From OCS155 cluster bacterium AG-422-J23 (GTDB taxonomy: Bacteria > Actinomycetota > Acidimicrobiia > Actinomarinales > Actinomarinaceae): DNA of 64,000 nucleotides. A program made the position numbers and the translations under genes. Positions within the stretch are counted from its first letter, which is position 1. Every line of letters starts with the position of its first letter. This document shows positions 47,441 through 57,026 of this stretch, piece after piece. The notes below the pieces were generated by a model, which was not told where the DNA came from, searched no databases, and worked only from the letters and a program-made list of their open reading frames with translations. The stretch spans positions 150,152 to 214,151 of the forward strand of contig QCMT01000002.1 in the NCBI GenBank assembly GCA_003213625.1, read 5' to 3'.

Positions 47441-48196
47441 ATGGTAAAAAATGATTTAATTAGTGTAATTATTCCTTCATACAATAGATATGAGTATCTC
47501 AAAAATGCTATAAACAGTGTACTCAATCAAACTTATAAAAATTTTGAAATAATTGTAGTAAATGATGGGTCAACACAAAAAGAATACTACGAGAATGAAT
47601 TTCCAAAAAGTGTAAAATTGATAAATCTCAATACTAACCAAAAAAACTTAATCGGATATGTTTCAGAAGGATATATAAGAAATTTTGGAATTAGGGAAGC
47701 GCAGGGCTCATACGTTGCTTTTTTAGATGATGATGACATATGGCTACCAGAAAAACTTGAATTACAACTTTCAGGAATGAAAGAATCTAATTTAAAATTT
47801 TCTTCAACAGAAGGTTATTTTGGTGAAGGAATATATGATAAATCAAAGAACTATCAACTTTATAACAAAGAAAAATTTTATAAAAAGATAAGTAAGAAAT
47901 ATAAAGGTACGAAATATAGAGCAAATACTATTTTGAATACTTTTACTAATACATTTTCTTATCCTAAAGTTTGGACTTATGATTTTTTAAAACACCATAA
48001 CTGTGTAATTGCTTCAAGCACAATGGTTGAAAAAAATTTAATGAATGTATTAGGAGGATTTAGAGGAATACCAACATCAATGGCACCAGATTATGATTGT
48101 TGGCTGGGTTTATTAAAATTAACAGATTTAATTTATATAGATGAACCGTTATTTTATTATGATGGTGCTCATGGTTCAGGCCAGTTGTGGAAATAA
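47441..48196 (+). CDS. GT2 (GT-A fold) glycosyltransferase
   Basis: 251 aa. ISVIIPSYNRYEYLKNAINSVLNQTYKNFEIIVVNDGS and FLDDDDIW (DxD). Confidence 0.85.
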   Translation: MVKNDLISVIIPSYNRYEYLKNAINSVLNQTYKNFEIIVVNDGSTQKEYYENEFPKSVKLINLNTNQKNLIGYVSEGYIRNFGIREAQGSYVAFLDDDDIWLPEKLELQLSGMKESNLKFSSTEGYFGEGIYDKSKNYQLYNKEKFYKKISKKYKGTKYRANTILNTFTNTFSYPKVWTYDFLKHHNCVIASSTMVEKNLMNVLGGFRGIPTSMAPDYDCWLGLLKLTDLIYIDEPLFYYDGAHGSGQLWK

Positions 48197-48202
48197 TATT
48201 TT

Positions 48203-49039
48203 TTAGATTGTTTTAATTATGAAATTTATATGACCAATAGAAATTAGTTTCTTGATATCTTTTCTTTCATTTAATACCTTATCTAGGGCCTTTGTTGGGC
48301 CACTATGTCCATCAGAGGAACGAATTCCAAATTTATTTTCGATATATTTGTAATCATAGTTTTTATTTTTATTAGAGTCATCGACCGCCAGTACCCCTCC
48401 AATATTAAGACTTTCAATAGAAACATAAAGATCATTAATTACAACATCAAAATCGTGACTTCCATCAACATAAATCAAATCCCATTTTTTTGACTTAATA
48501 AAATCAATAATTTCTTGATCTTGACTTAAGCCTTTTACAAGATTCGGTTTATTTAAATTAAATTTTTCAAAACTTGCATATATGTCCGCTTGGTAGTCAA
48601 TATTTAAATAATCAGAATATTCATCACCTAAGTTGTTAAGTGGTGAAATACCATAAATATTTGCATCAATATTGTTTTTATTTGATAGTTTTCTAAATAG
48701 TGCCAGACTTTGACCTCTATAAACTCCTATTTCGAGAATGTTTACTGGTTTTTTTAAACTAAAAATAAAATACCAAATTGAAAAAAAAGCATCTTCACCA
48801 AATCCTCGAAATTCACTATTGAAATAACCTCTTAGTTGTTTTAAATCTTTGTCTAAATATTTGTGAAAATGATAAAACATTGAAGTGTAATTATCAACAT
48901 TATTTAGATTCAGGATATCTTCTAAAGTATCTGGTTTTTTAAAAAATAAATACTCTTTAGTAAATTTAAATTTTAAAAATCTTCTTTTTATGAATGAGTT
49001 AAGCTTTTTCATTATTCTTTTTCCTAAAGTTTTGTACAA
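48203..49039 (-). CDS. class I SAM-dependent methyltransferase (Methyltransf_24/CmcI-TylF-like)
   Basis: ILEIGVYRGQSLALF...LIYVDGSHDFDVV...GVLAVDD is typical of this O-methyltransferase group. The start may be the second Met (49012). Confidence 0.65.
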   Translation of the reverse strand: MYKTLGKRIMKKLNSFIKRRFLKFKFTKEYLFFKKPDTLEDILNLNNVDNYTSMFYHFHKYLDKDLKQLRGYFNSEFRGFGEDAFFSIWYFIFSLKKPVNILEIGVYRGQSLALFRKLSNKNNIDANIYGISPLNNLGDEYSDYLNIDYQADIYASFEKFNLNKPNLVKGLSQDQEIIDFIKSKKWDLIYVDGSHDFDVVINDLYVSIESLNIGGVLAVDDSNKNKNYDYKYIENKFGIRSSDGHSGPTKALDKVLNERKDIKKLISIGHINFIIKTI

Positions 49040-50330
49040 ATAAATAAAAATTTAAAACTAAAAATATAAAACCTATGTTGTCAAGGTATGTGATCTCAAT
49101 TAATTGTGGATTATTCCAATGTGATATATTTAATAGTCCGAAAAGAAGAGTAAGTGTGTAACTTAATTTTATATACAAATTATCGAAAGATGAAAAATAT
49201 AAAATTAAAAGAATCATTAAAACGTTACCGTAAGAGTATAAGCCGAATCTTAGGGGCGGAAACCAACCTATGAATGACCAAAAAAACATTGTCACAAAGC
49301 TTGTAATTAAAAAATTTTTTCTGAGAGATGAATTTATTTGTTTTGAAAATAATATGCTAAAAATAATTAAAAATACTGGAATAAATAAATAAATTGAACT
49401 TAATCGAATGTCTTCAAAATAACATATAAAGTTTTCAGGAATACTTTGACAGTACCATTCATCTTTACTGTCCCAATTAGTCTTAAGTCTTAAATCAAAA
49501 TTATCTTTACTAAGTACAAACTTGCTAGCCCAAAAGCCAATTCCGCTATTAAAGTATTTTGAAACCCAAATAAACTGACCATAATCAATCACATTTGTAT
49601 CAGCAACTTCATATCCATTAAGCCTAATTATTAGTCTATAAATATAAATTGGTATCCAAAATGTGATAAAGCCAACAAATACCTCCAACAAATTTTTGAT
49701 ATTTATTTTTTTTGTGAATAGTCTCATGATTAAGAAAACAATTAAAGACACTACGAATGATCTATTCGCTAAAAAAAGAATACCTATTAAGAAGCAAACA
49801 ATTATTATATTTTTATTATTTAAATATTTTTCCAAAAAATAAATCGATAAAACTAGCATAGTAAAACTCAATGTTCCATTTGATGTTGTAAACATAACAA
49901 ACTGCTGTACGGGATTCATAAAGTAAATTAAAGAAATTGAAAAAATATCAAAGTTCTTAATAATATAGTATTTTTTTAGGATGTTGATAAGAGTGTTCAA
50001 TGTAAACACACTTATTATGAATTGTGTAAGTAAGTAAGATAGTTCATAAATAAAACTTATTTCTTGAAATAACGAAAAATTTGATAATATATTATTTATT
50101 ACAAATGGTATAAAAACATACAAAGGCCTTGATTGGTATTGACTCCCGCTTTCTGTAAAAAGATTCGTAAAATTTTCGGCTATTGAGAAATAAACTTTAT
50201 CATCACATAAGCTAGTTGGATATACAAAGTTGTAATTTGGCAGTATCTTAGAAAAAGTGTAAATGTTATAATCATCACAAATAAATAACTCTTGTGTTCT
50301 TAGCTGGAAAGCAGTAAAAATTAAAGACAT
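48999..50330 (-). CDS. polytopic membrane protein (GT-C/polymerase-like, unassigned)
   Basis: 443-aa ORF with at least 9 hydrophobic segments. The reading frame stays open for 27 more codons upstream of the ATG and encodes what looks like the rest of TM1, so the true start is probably upstream and non-canonical. Confidence 0.5.
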   Translation of the reverse strand: MSLIFTAFQLRTQELFICDDYNIYTFSKILPNYNFVYPTSLCDDKVYFSIAENFTNLFTESGSQYQSRPLYVFIPFVINNILSNFSLFQEISFIYELSYLLTQFIISVFTLNTLINILKKYYIIKNFDIFSISLIYFMNPVQQFVMFTTSNGTLSFTMLVLSIYFLEKYLNNKNIIIVCFLIGILFLANRSFVVSLIVFLIMRLFTKKINIKNLLEVFVGFITFWIPIYIYRLIIRLNGYEVADTNVIDYGQFIWVSKYFNSGIGFWASKFVLSKDNFDLRLKTNWDSKDEWYCQSIPENFICYFEDIRLSSIYLFIPVFLIIFSILFSKQINSSLRKNFLITSFVTMFFWSFIGWFPPLRFGLYSYGNVLMILLILYFSSFDNLYIKLSYTLTLLFGLLNISHWNNPQLIEITYLDNIGFIFLVLNFYLFVQNFRKKNNEKA

Positions 50331-50478
50331 AAAAAATATTGAAGAAATAAATATTACAAATAATTGAGTTTTGATGATGTTTTGAGATTTTATTTTTTTA
50401 ATAATAATGTTCTAAATTATACTTTTAAAGAAAATAAAACTTGCAACCAAATTTAAATAGTTTTTAGACTAATAAATA

Positions 50479-52128
50479 ATGGAAAATTTAAAATTATATA
50501 AAGTATCACCTAGTCGGTTAATTCTTAATTTTTTACTTTTTGTTTCGACACTGCTCACATTTTTATTTGGGAATGCATATTACAATTCTGCAAATAGTCC
50601 AGATTTTGGAAAATATATTAGATATTTGAATTACTATTTTGGTGAATTAGATAATACGCAATTTGAACAGGGAAATCTATATTACTATTTAGTAACAAAG
50701 ACTATTGATATAAATTCAGCAAATATAAATCCAAGGTATTTTGAGGAATACATCAGTTACTCTATACAAATTTGTAATTTTTGTTTGTATCTATTATTGC
50801 TATTTGGAATTTACAAATTTTTAAAAGCTAAAAATTTTAAAAAAGACAATATCATTATTGTCCTGATTTTATTAAATTTCTTTCCTCCAATGGTAGCTTT
50901 AAGATTGATATTCAAACCAGAAATTTTGATATTCTTATTATTTATTTGGTCTCTGTATTTTTTCGAAAAATATCTTGATACTGAAAATATTATTTGGATA
51001 ATAAATTTTTCTGTATTTACTGCTTTGATAATTTCTACCAAATTAACTGCAGCTTTAATGATTCTAATTTTTTATTTTTTATATTACTCTAAGAGATTTT
51101 GGAAGTTGAATAAGAAAATGTATGTGTACTGTTTTGGTATTACGACTATTTTATTTTTATTACTTACTTATGAAAACTACTTAATTAATGGTCAATTATT
51201 TTTTAACCATGAATTTCAAGAGCAATATCAAGACAGAGCCCAAGTGAACATAATTTTTAATTTAAATGTTAATGACCTAATTTACTCACCATATGGAAAT
51301 TTTCATAATGACTCAATGTTGGGCATTATATTATTGGAGACATTTGATGATTATTTCCAATTATATTGGCAAAGTGATTCAAGTTTGTTTCATAGAAATC
51401 AAATTAAGCCCCATATACATACCAATTCATATTTAGCAATTACTTCAACGGTTATCTTTTACTTACTTTCGTTTACATATGCTAGAAAATTTAAAAAAGA
51501 AAAATATATATTTTTAAGCCCATTTATTGGGATTATTACAATGTTATTTATATCTTTGTTTATAGCTTTTGAGGAATCTACTGGTGATATGTTTAAGAAT
51601 TATTACTATTCTTTTCTTTTAATCTTAAGCTTTGTATTTACAGTAGCCACCCTACTCAAAAATAACTCAAACTATAAATATATCTATTTTCTTTTTTACT
51701 TTTTAACTATATTTTTTGTGTTTGGTTTTCCTAAAAATCAGGATATTGATAGAAATTTAACAGTAAAAGAACGGGTTAATTTTACTATTCACTGTGACAT
51801 TAGTTCAAATGTCTTTGGCTTCAGTTCAACCGAATGTGAACAAGAGTACGTAGACATATGCGAAGATATTTTTTCAACTTTTAGTAAAAGATCAGTAATT
51901 AATCGGAAAATAGAAGAAGTAGATTTAATTCCTTTTGAGAGCTATAAATTATCAAATGAAAATCAAATGATATCAGTAAATAATTTAGATGAATGTAAAA
52001 AATATATAAATAATGGATGGAAATTTAAAGATAATTTTCAAGTTAAAAACAGAACTCCTTATTTGAATATGTTATTATTTTTTATTCCAGGAGTGCTAAC
52101 TTTTTCTTTAAGAAATAAGAAGAAATAA
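50479..52128 (+). CDS. polytopic membrane protein (GT-C-like, unassigned)
   Basis: 549 aa with more than 10 hydrophobic segments and a roughly 130-aa soluble Cys-containing C-terminal domain. No diagnostic motif. Confidence 0.5.
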   Translation: MENLKLYKVSPSRLILNFLLFVSTLLTFLFGNAYYNSANSPDFGKYIRYLNYYFGELDNTQFEQGNLYYYLVTKTIDINSANINPRYFEEYISYSIQICNFCLYLLLLFGIYKFLKAKNFKKDNIIIVLILLNFFPPMVALRLIFKPEILIFLLFIWSLYFFEKYLDTENIIWIINFSVFTALIISTKLTAALMILIFYFLYYSKRFWKLNKKMYVYCFGITTILFLLLTYENYLINGQLFFNHEFQEQYQDRAQVNIIFNLNVNDLIYSPYGNFHNDSMLGIILLETFDDYFQLYWQSDSSLFHRNQIKPHIHTNSYLAITSTVIFYLLSFTYARKFKKEKYIFLSPFIGIITMLFISLFIAFEESTGDMFKNYYYSFLLILSFVFTVATLLKNNSNYKYIYFLFYFLTIFFVFGFPKNQDIDRNLTVKERVNFTIHCDISSNVFGFSSTECEQEYVDICEDIFSTFSKRSVINRKIEEVDLIPFESYKLSNENQMISVNNLDECKKYINNGWKFKDNFQVKNRTPYLNMLLFFIPGVLTFSLRNKKK

Positions 52129-52132
52129 GTCA

Positions 52133-53686
52133 TCAAACTTTTGTAAGTCGTTTTAAAAAGTAAAATATCATAAAGTATATTAACAAAACTTTTATCCAAG
52201 AAAAATTGATTGAATTTTCAACCATACTCTGAATGTCTGAAGTAATTTCTGTAAATCTTGAAAATAACTCTATAGGATTTATAAATAAATTTATTATTTT
52301 AATTAACAAAACACCTATAAATGAAGTAAACACTATATGTAGATATGCATTGAAACTAATTACTGATTTATATAAACTCGTTAAATAATTTGGATTAGAA
52401 TATCTTGTTTCCATACCAAATGAATTTATTAAATAATCTTGAGATATAGAAGTATATTCTGTAGTTTCAAAGAATATATATCCAAGAAGCCCTAACACTG
52501 AAAAGTAAACTAAATAGTATTTTACAAAGATGTTCTCACTGAAATATTTAAAATAAATTATTATATTTATTGGGATTAACACGTATAAGTATCTAAATCC
52601 ATATGAAAATGCAGTATTTTGGATAACAATAATTGAAAAGAATGGAATTATATAAGTCATTCCTAGTAATAAAAATAAAGAACCGTTTTTCTTAAATGCA
52701 AAAAATATTACATATATTAAGCCAACAAAAATTATTGGAGAAAAGAAAAATAGTCCGAACTCTTGACTAAAAAAAATAATTTTTAGAGAATTAAAAACGA
52801 GACTTATGTTATCGGTAAATTTACTTAGATCAAAAAAGTTTTCATAAGTTTGCCCAAAGCTATTTTCAACTTTAAGTACGATACTTGCTTGATTAAATGT
52901 ATAAATTCCATATAAATATTTAGTATGCAAAAGGAAAATAATAGCACCTACAAAATTTCCAAATAAAAATAATGGATTTAGATATATTTTGTTCAATTTT
53001 TTATTTTGTAAAATTAATAAAATTGCTGGAATAATTATTAACAAATAATTGGTAAACCTAATTGCTAAGAATACGTACATCAAAAAACCTAGAAGAAAAT
53101 AATTTGAGTTATTTGTTCTATTTTCAATGATTATTTTTGTTGTTAGATAAATAACAAAGCAAACTGAAAAAAATTCATATATATGACTCATACTAAATCT
53201 ATCAAATGCATAATAAGTAACACCAGTACCAAAAATAAATAGAGAAAGATGAATTTTGTTAAATGAAATTTTTAATTTAGTAAGAGATAAGAACAAAAGA
53301 TTAAATGATAAAAATAAGTAAAAAATTGAAACTAAAGAATAAATAAAATAATTAAAACTTACTAATGGACTTTTTATAAATGGGTCAATAATTAAATTTG
53401 ACAAAAAAATAAATGGAGCTGCTAATATTCCAGATCCTATTGGGTGAAAAGGCACAATGCTGTCATTTTCAGCATTTAAAAATCTATTTTTAACCCCTAC
53501 CATTTGATTTGAGTAATCAAGGTCATAATCTACAGCTAAAGTAACAGCATTGTAATAATATTCAGCATCATCTACTGATTTGCCGTATTCAATTTCTTCA
53601 AATCTATAATCAACCTTAGTTAAAGACATTAAGAATATAAAAAATATTAAAAATAAAAACTTATTTTTTGAAATATTTCTTGCCAT
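52133..53686 (-). CDS. GT-C-like polytopic membrane glycosyltransferase (putative)
   Basis: 517 aa. The first loop after TM1, GKSVDDAEYYYNAVTLAVDYDLDYSN, resembles the DDxxYY...D.DL motif of PMT_2-type GT-C proteins. Confidence 0.55.
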   Translation of the reverse strand: MARNISKNKFLFLIFFIFLMSLTKVDYRFEEIEYGKSVDDAEYYYNAVTLAVDYDLDYSNQMVGVKNRFLNAENDSIVPFHPIGSGILAAPFIFLSNLIIDPFIKSPLVSFNYFIYSLVSIFYLFLSFNLLFLSLTKLKISFNKIHLSLFIFGTGVTYYAFDRFSMSHIYEFFSVCFVIYLTTKIIIENRTNNSNYFLLGFLMYVFLAIRFTNYLLIIIPAILLILQNKKLNKIYLNPLFLFGNFVGAIIFLLHTKYLYGIYTFNQASIVLKVENSFGQTYENFFDLSKFTDNISLVFNSLKIIFFSQEFGLFFFSPIIFVGLIYVIFFAFKKNGSLFLLLGMTYIIPFFSIIVIQNTAFSYGFRYLYVLIPINIIIYFKYFSENIFVKYYLVYFSVLGLLGYIFFETTEYTSISQDYLINSFGMETRYSNPNYLTSLYKSVISFNAYLHIVFTSFIGVLLIKIINLFINPIELFSRFTEITSDIQSMVENSINFSWIKVLLIYFMIFYFLKRLTKV

Positions 53687-53764
53687 GATATTGAATTTTA
53701 ACTTTAAAATTAAAAATAAAACTCAAATTAAATTAAATCATTTCGAGTAAATTAAAATGTAGTA

Positions 53765-54478
53765 ATGAAACAAAAACTTCAAATTGTTACACCTGTTTAT
53801 AACGAAGAAAAAAATATTGAATACACAATTGTATCTTTTTTTGACGACCTATCTGACAAAGGAATAGAGCTTGAATTTATAATTTCTGAAGATGGATCAA
53901 GTGATAATTCAGTCAGCGTGATCAAAGCACTTTCTGAAGAATACAAAGTAACTCTTTATTCGAGTAAAGAAAGAAAGAACTATACAGACTCTGTTCTATT
54001 TGGATTAAGTAAAGCGACAACTGATATAGTCGCATTTGTTGATTCAGATGGACAATATGATCCTTCTGATTTATTGAAAATGTACAAAAGACTTGAAAAG
54101 GGAACTTTTGTATTGGGTTTTAGAAACCCTAGAGTTGATTCATATTTTAGAAGATTTATTTCAAAATCATTCAGATTAGTTTATAAATTTATTTTAAAAC
54201 TTAATTTAGTAGATCCATCAAGTGGATATTTTATAGGTTATAAAGAAGACTTACAAAAAGTATTACAAAGTTTTCAATCAGGTTATTTAAAAGAAGGCTT
54301 TTGGTGGGAGTTTTATGCAAGGGCACATTATCAAAATATAAAAATTATTGAAGAACCAGTAAAGCACTTTGATAGAAAATATGGAAATTCTGTAGTTTTT
54401 AAATTTACTAAGCTTCCAAAGATTGCAATTACAAATTTATTAGGGCTGCTTAGGCTTAGGCGCGATATATTTAATTAA
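53765..54478 (+). CDS. GT2 polyprenol-phosphate glycosyltransferase-like (Dpm1-type)
   Basis: 237 aa. LQIVTPVYNEEKNIEYTI...FIISEDGSSDNS...FVDSDGQYD. Confidence 0.8.
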   Translation: MKQKLQIVTPVYNEEKNIEYTIVSFFDDLSDKGIELEFIISEDGSSDNSVSVIKALSEEYKVTLYSSKERKNYTDSVLFGLSKATTDIVAFVDSDGQYDPSDLLKMYKRLEKGTFVLGFRNPRVDSYFRRFISKSFRLVYKFILKLNLVDPSSGYFIGYKEDLQKVLQSFQSGYLKEGFWWEFYARAHYQNIKIIEEPVKHFDRKYGNSVVFKFTKLPKIAITNLLGLLRLRRDIFN

Positions 54479-55158
54479 TCGTGTAATTTTTGAACAAACA
54501 AAACGTCACTAAATCCAAACAAAGGGACTTTAAATTCTTTTAAAGCAATATATGAATACTGATCTAAGTAATCATAAATATGTTTGGGATCATATTGTTT
54601 GTAAGTATTAGGTTTTTGAATTTCTAATAAAAGATATTTAAAAGTACCTTTTTTAAGGTGATTTGACGAACCATAAAGAACTTCAAGTTCATGACCTTCT
54701 GTATCAATTTTTAAAAAATTATTTTCACTTGATTCAAACTCAAAATTATCTAATTTTTTAGTCTCAACAACTTTTTTAATTGTCTTTCCTTTAAATAGTA
54801 ATTTTTTTACTTTAAATTTAATTAAATTTTGATTTACCTCTGAAAAAGAACTTGTCATTTTGAGAGGGTTTAATGCAAATTCTTTTTTTCCATCCTGCGA
54901 ACTGATAGCCAAATTAAATTTGGTTACTCTGGTGTCTTGGATTTTATCAATTACATTAAAAGAGTCAATAAGAGGTTCAAACATAAAATATTTATCAAAC
55001 TTAATGGATTTTTTGTTTAAAGATGAATACAGTTCTCCATGATGAGTACCAATATCAACAATAGTGTTGAATTTTTCTGGTAAAAATTTTATTATTCTTT
55101 CATTCTGTTTTTTTAATAAAAAATTTTTTAATACAAGATTAATTATTTTACTTATCAT
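54475..55158 (-). CDS. FkbM-family methyltransferase
   Basis: 227 aa. VDIGTHHGE...FEPL...LKIDTEGHELEVLYG is the FkbM (TIGR01444-type) pattern. Confidence 0.75.
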   Translation of the reverse strand: MISKIINLVLKNFLLKKQNERIIKFLPEKFNTIVDIGTHHGELYSSLNKKSIKFDKYFMFEPLIDSFNVIDKIQDTRVTKFNLAISSQDGKKEFALNPLKMTSSFSEVNQNLIKFKVKKLLFKGKTIKKVVETKKLDNFEFESSENNFLKIDTEGHELEVLYGSSNHLKKGTFKYLLLEIQKPNTYKQYDPKHIYDYLDQYSYIALKEFKVPLFGFSDVLFVQKLHD

Positions 55159-55203
55159 TTTTAACTTATATTAAACCCAGGAATAAATAATTTAAGGAAT
55201 TAA

Positions 55204-56940
55204 TTATGGAAGCTGAAGTTCGTATACTTCTGAGCTTCCGTTGTTACTGGTTGAAAATAGTAATTTCGAGTTGTCATCTGGATGATTTGAGATTGCTGTT
55301 AAATACCCTGGAAAATATGGAAGATTAATTATGTACAAATTGTCATTTTCATAATCATAAGAAAATATTTCTTTACTTAAAAAATCACCAAAGAAAATAT
55401 GTTCATGGTAGATACTGTTTGGATTATCAAATATAACAGTACCTAATATCGCAACTCTATTGTTCTCAGGAGCTGGTCTGTCATAATAAACTTTTGGACC
55501 TATTGAATTGTCTTTTACATAGTCAGAAACATTTACATCAGGAGTGTTCCACATTTTTAGTCCGTAGTATGATTCTTCAGCTTCCAGTGAGCCCTCAAAT
55601 ATTGGCCATCCAAACAACACAGGACTTGTTGAATTTTTAATATCATTTAAGTCAACAATGTTTAGTTCTTCATTAGATTTTTCACCCACATCTGGAACAA
55701 TCAATAAATTTTTGTGTTCTTTAAAATTCCAGGGATTTCTTAAACCATACGCAATAAAGTTAGTTAAGGGGGTTCTATTTTCTTCACTACTAATTAGAGG
55801 AGCATTCATAATTGATTCATTATCTAAAATTAATATTTTTCCATTTTGAGAGTCAGTTGATAGTGATAGATTTTCTTCAGCCATATCACCTACACAAAAT
55901 AAAAAAGAATTAAAATTTTCTGACCAGTCGATACTTCCACAATAATGATTACTATGCTTATTTGGTTTTGAATAAATTACCTGATTTGAAACAATATTAC
56001 CAGTTGAGTCAATCTCAAATTTTTCTAATGTTAATTCATTTTGCTTGTTTGAATAACTAATTATGAAATAATCTTCGTAAGGATGAAACGCTACATCGTA
56101 GAGACCTGATTCTGAATAAATAGTTAAAACCCTGTCAGTAATATCAACATATACTTCATTATTTTTCATAACAATTCCAGTATTTAAAACTGTATAAAGA
56201 TCACTTTTAAAAGTTACAAAATTATTGACCTGAGTATTTGGATAACTTTTAATTTTTGTAAGACCTGTTGCCTCTCTACATTCTCTAAAATTTGAACTTC
56301 CAGACCATTTGTAACATACTATCTCGTCCGCACTAGGAATTGGAATTTCAATATCAACATTTTCAACAATACTTATTTCTTCACTATCATCACTTAATTC
56401 AGTTTTCAAAGTTGGGTCTCTGAATTGATTTACAATAATAAATGAAAACAAAGAAATCATAAAAATGGACATTAAAGAGAAATATAATCCTGACCTTGTC
56501 TCGGTTAATTTCTTAAAATCTATATTTAATAGAATCATAAAAATTATAAAAACAATTGGGTAAATTAAAATATCTAATATTAAGAAGGACCTAGGAAAAT
56601 TATAAAATCTGAATATATATAGAACTACAGACAAAGTTGATACATTTAATAAAAACAAGCTAAAAAACATTTTTAAAATGTTTACCGGATTTTCTAAGAT
56701 ATTAGTTTTTGACAGTTTAAAGTGGATAAATAATGTTGTAATAAAAGCTATTAACAAAACAAAAAATGTGTAGCTAATTTGGATATTTGCTGGGAAACCA
56801 ATGTCTGATAAGTCTTCAGCAAAATTATCTAGACCCTTAATAGCAATTGATACATCAGATTCTTGAAATTTGCCAAAGAAATAATTTGAAAAAGCAAAGT
56901 TTCCCAAGAATAAAAGTAAGAATTTTACAAGACTTATCAT
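55204..56940 (-). CDS. membrane-anchored glucose/sorbosone dehydrogenase-like (GSDH, PQQ-type beta-propeller) protein
   Basis: 578 aa with an N-terminal region of about 4 TM segments. The propeller carries GLYDVAFHP, HYCGSIDW...FCVGDM, GKILILD, AYGLRNPWNF, VPDVGEKSNEELNIV and LFGWPIFEGS (the GSDH motif set). Confidence 0.7.
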   Translation of the reverse strand: MISLVKFLLLFLGNFAFSNYFFGKFQESDVSIAIKGLDNFAEDLSDIGFPANIQISYTFFVLLIAFITTLFIHFKLSKTNILENPVNILKMFFSLFLLNVSTLSVVLYIFRFYNFPRSFLILDILIYPIVFIIFMILLNIDFKKLTETRSGLYFSLMSIFMISLFSFIIVNQFRDPTLKTELSDDSEEISIVENVDIEIPIPSADEIVCYKWSGSSNFRECREATGLTKIKSYPNTQVNNFVTFKSDLYTVLNTGIVMKNNEVYVDITDRVLTIYSESGLYDVAFHPYEDYFIISYSNKQNELTLEKFEIDSTGNIVSNQVIYSKPNKHSNHYCGSIDWSENFNSFLFCVGDMAEENLSLSTDSQNGKILILDNESIMNAPLISSEENRTPLTNFIAYGLRNPWNFKEHKNLLIVPDVGEKSNEELNIVDLNDIKNSTSPVLFGWPIFEGSLEAEESYYGLKMWNTPDVNVSDYVKDNSIGPKVYYDRPAPENNRVAILGTVIFDNPNSIYHEHIFFGDFLSKEIFSYDYENDNLYIINLPYFPGYLTAISNHPDDNSKLLFSTSNNGSSEVYELQLP

Positions 56941-57026
56941 TTCTATATATTAGTTGTCATAATTTTAAATAATAAATTATATGAATTACTATAAACCTAT
57001 TAAAAGGAGATTTTATTTTAAAATTT

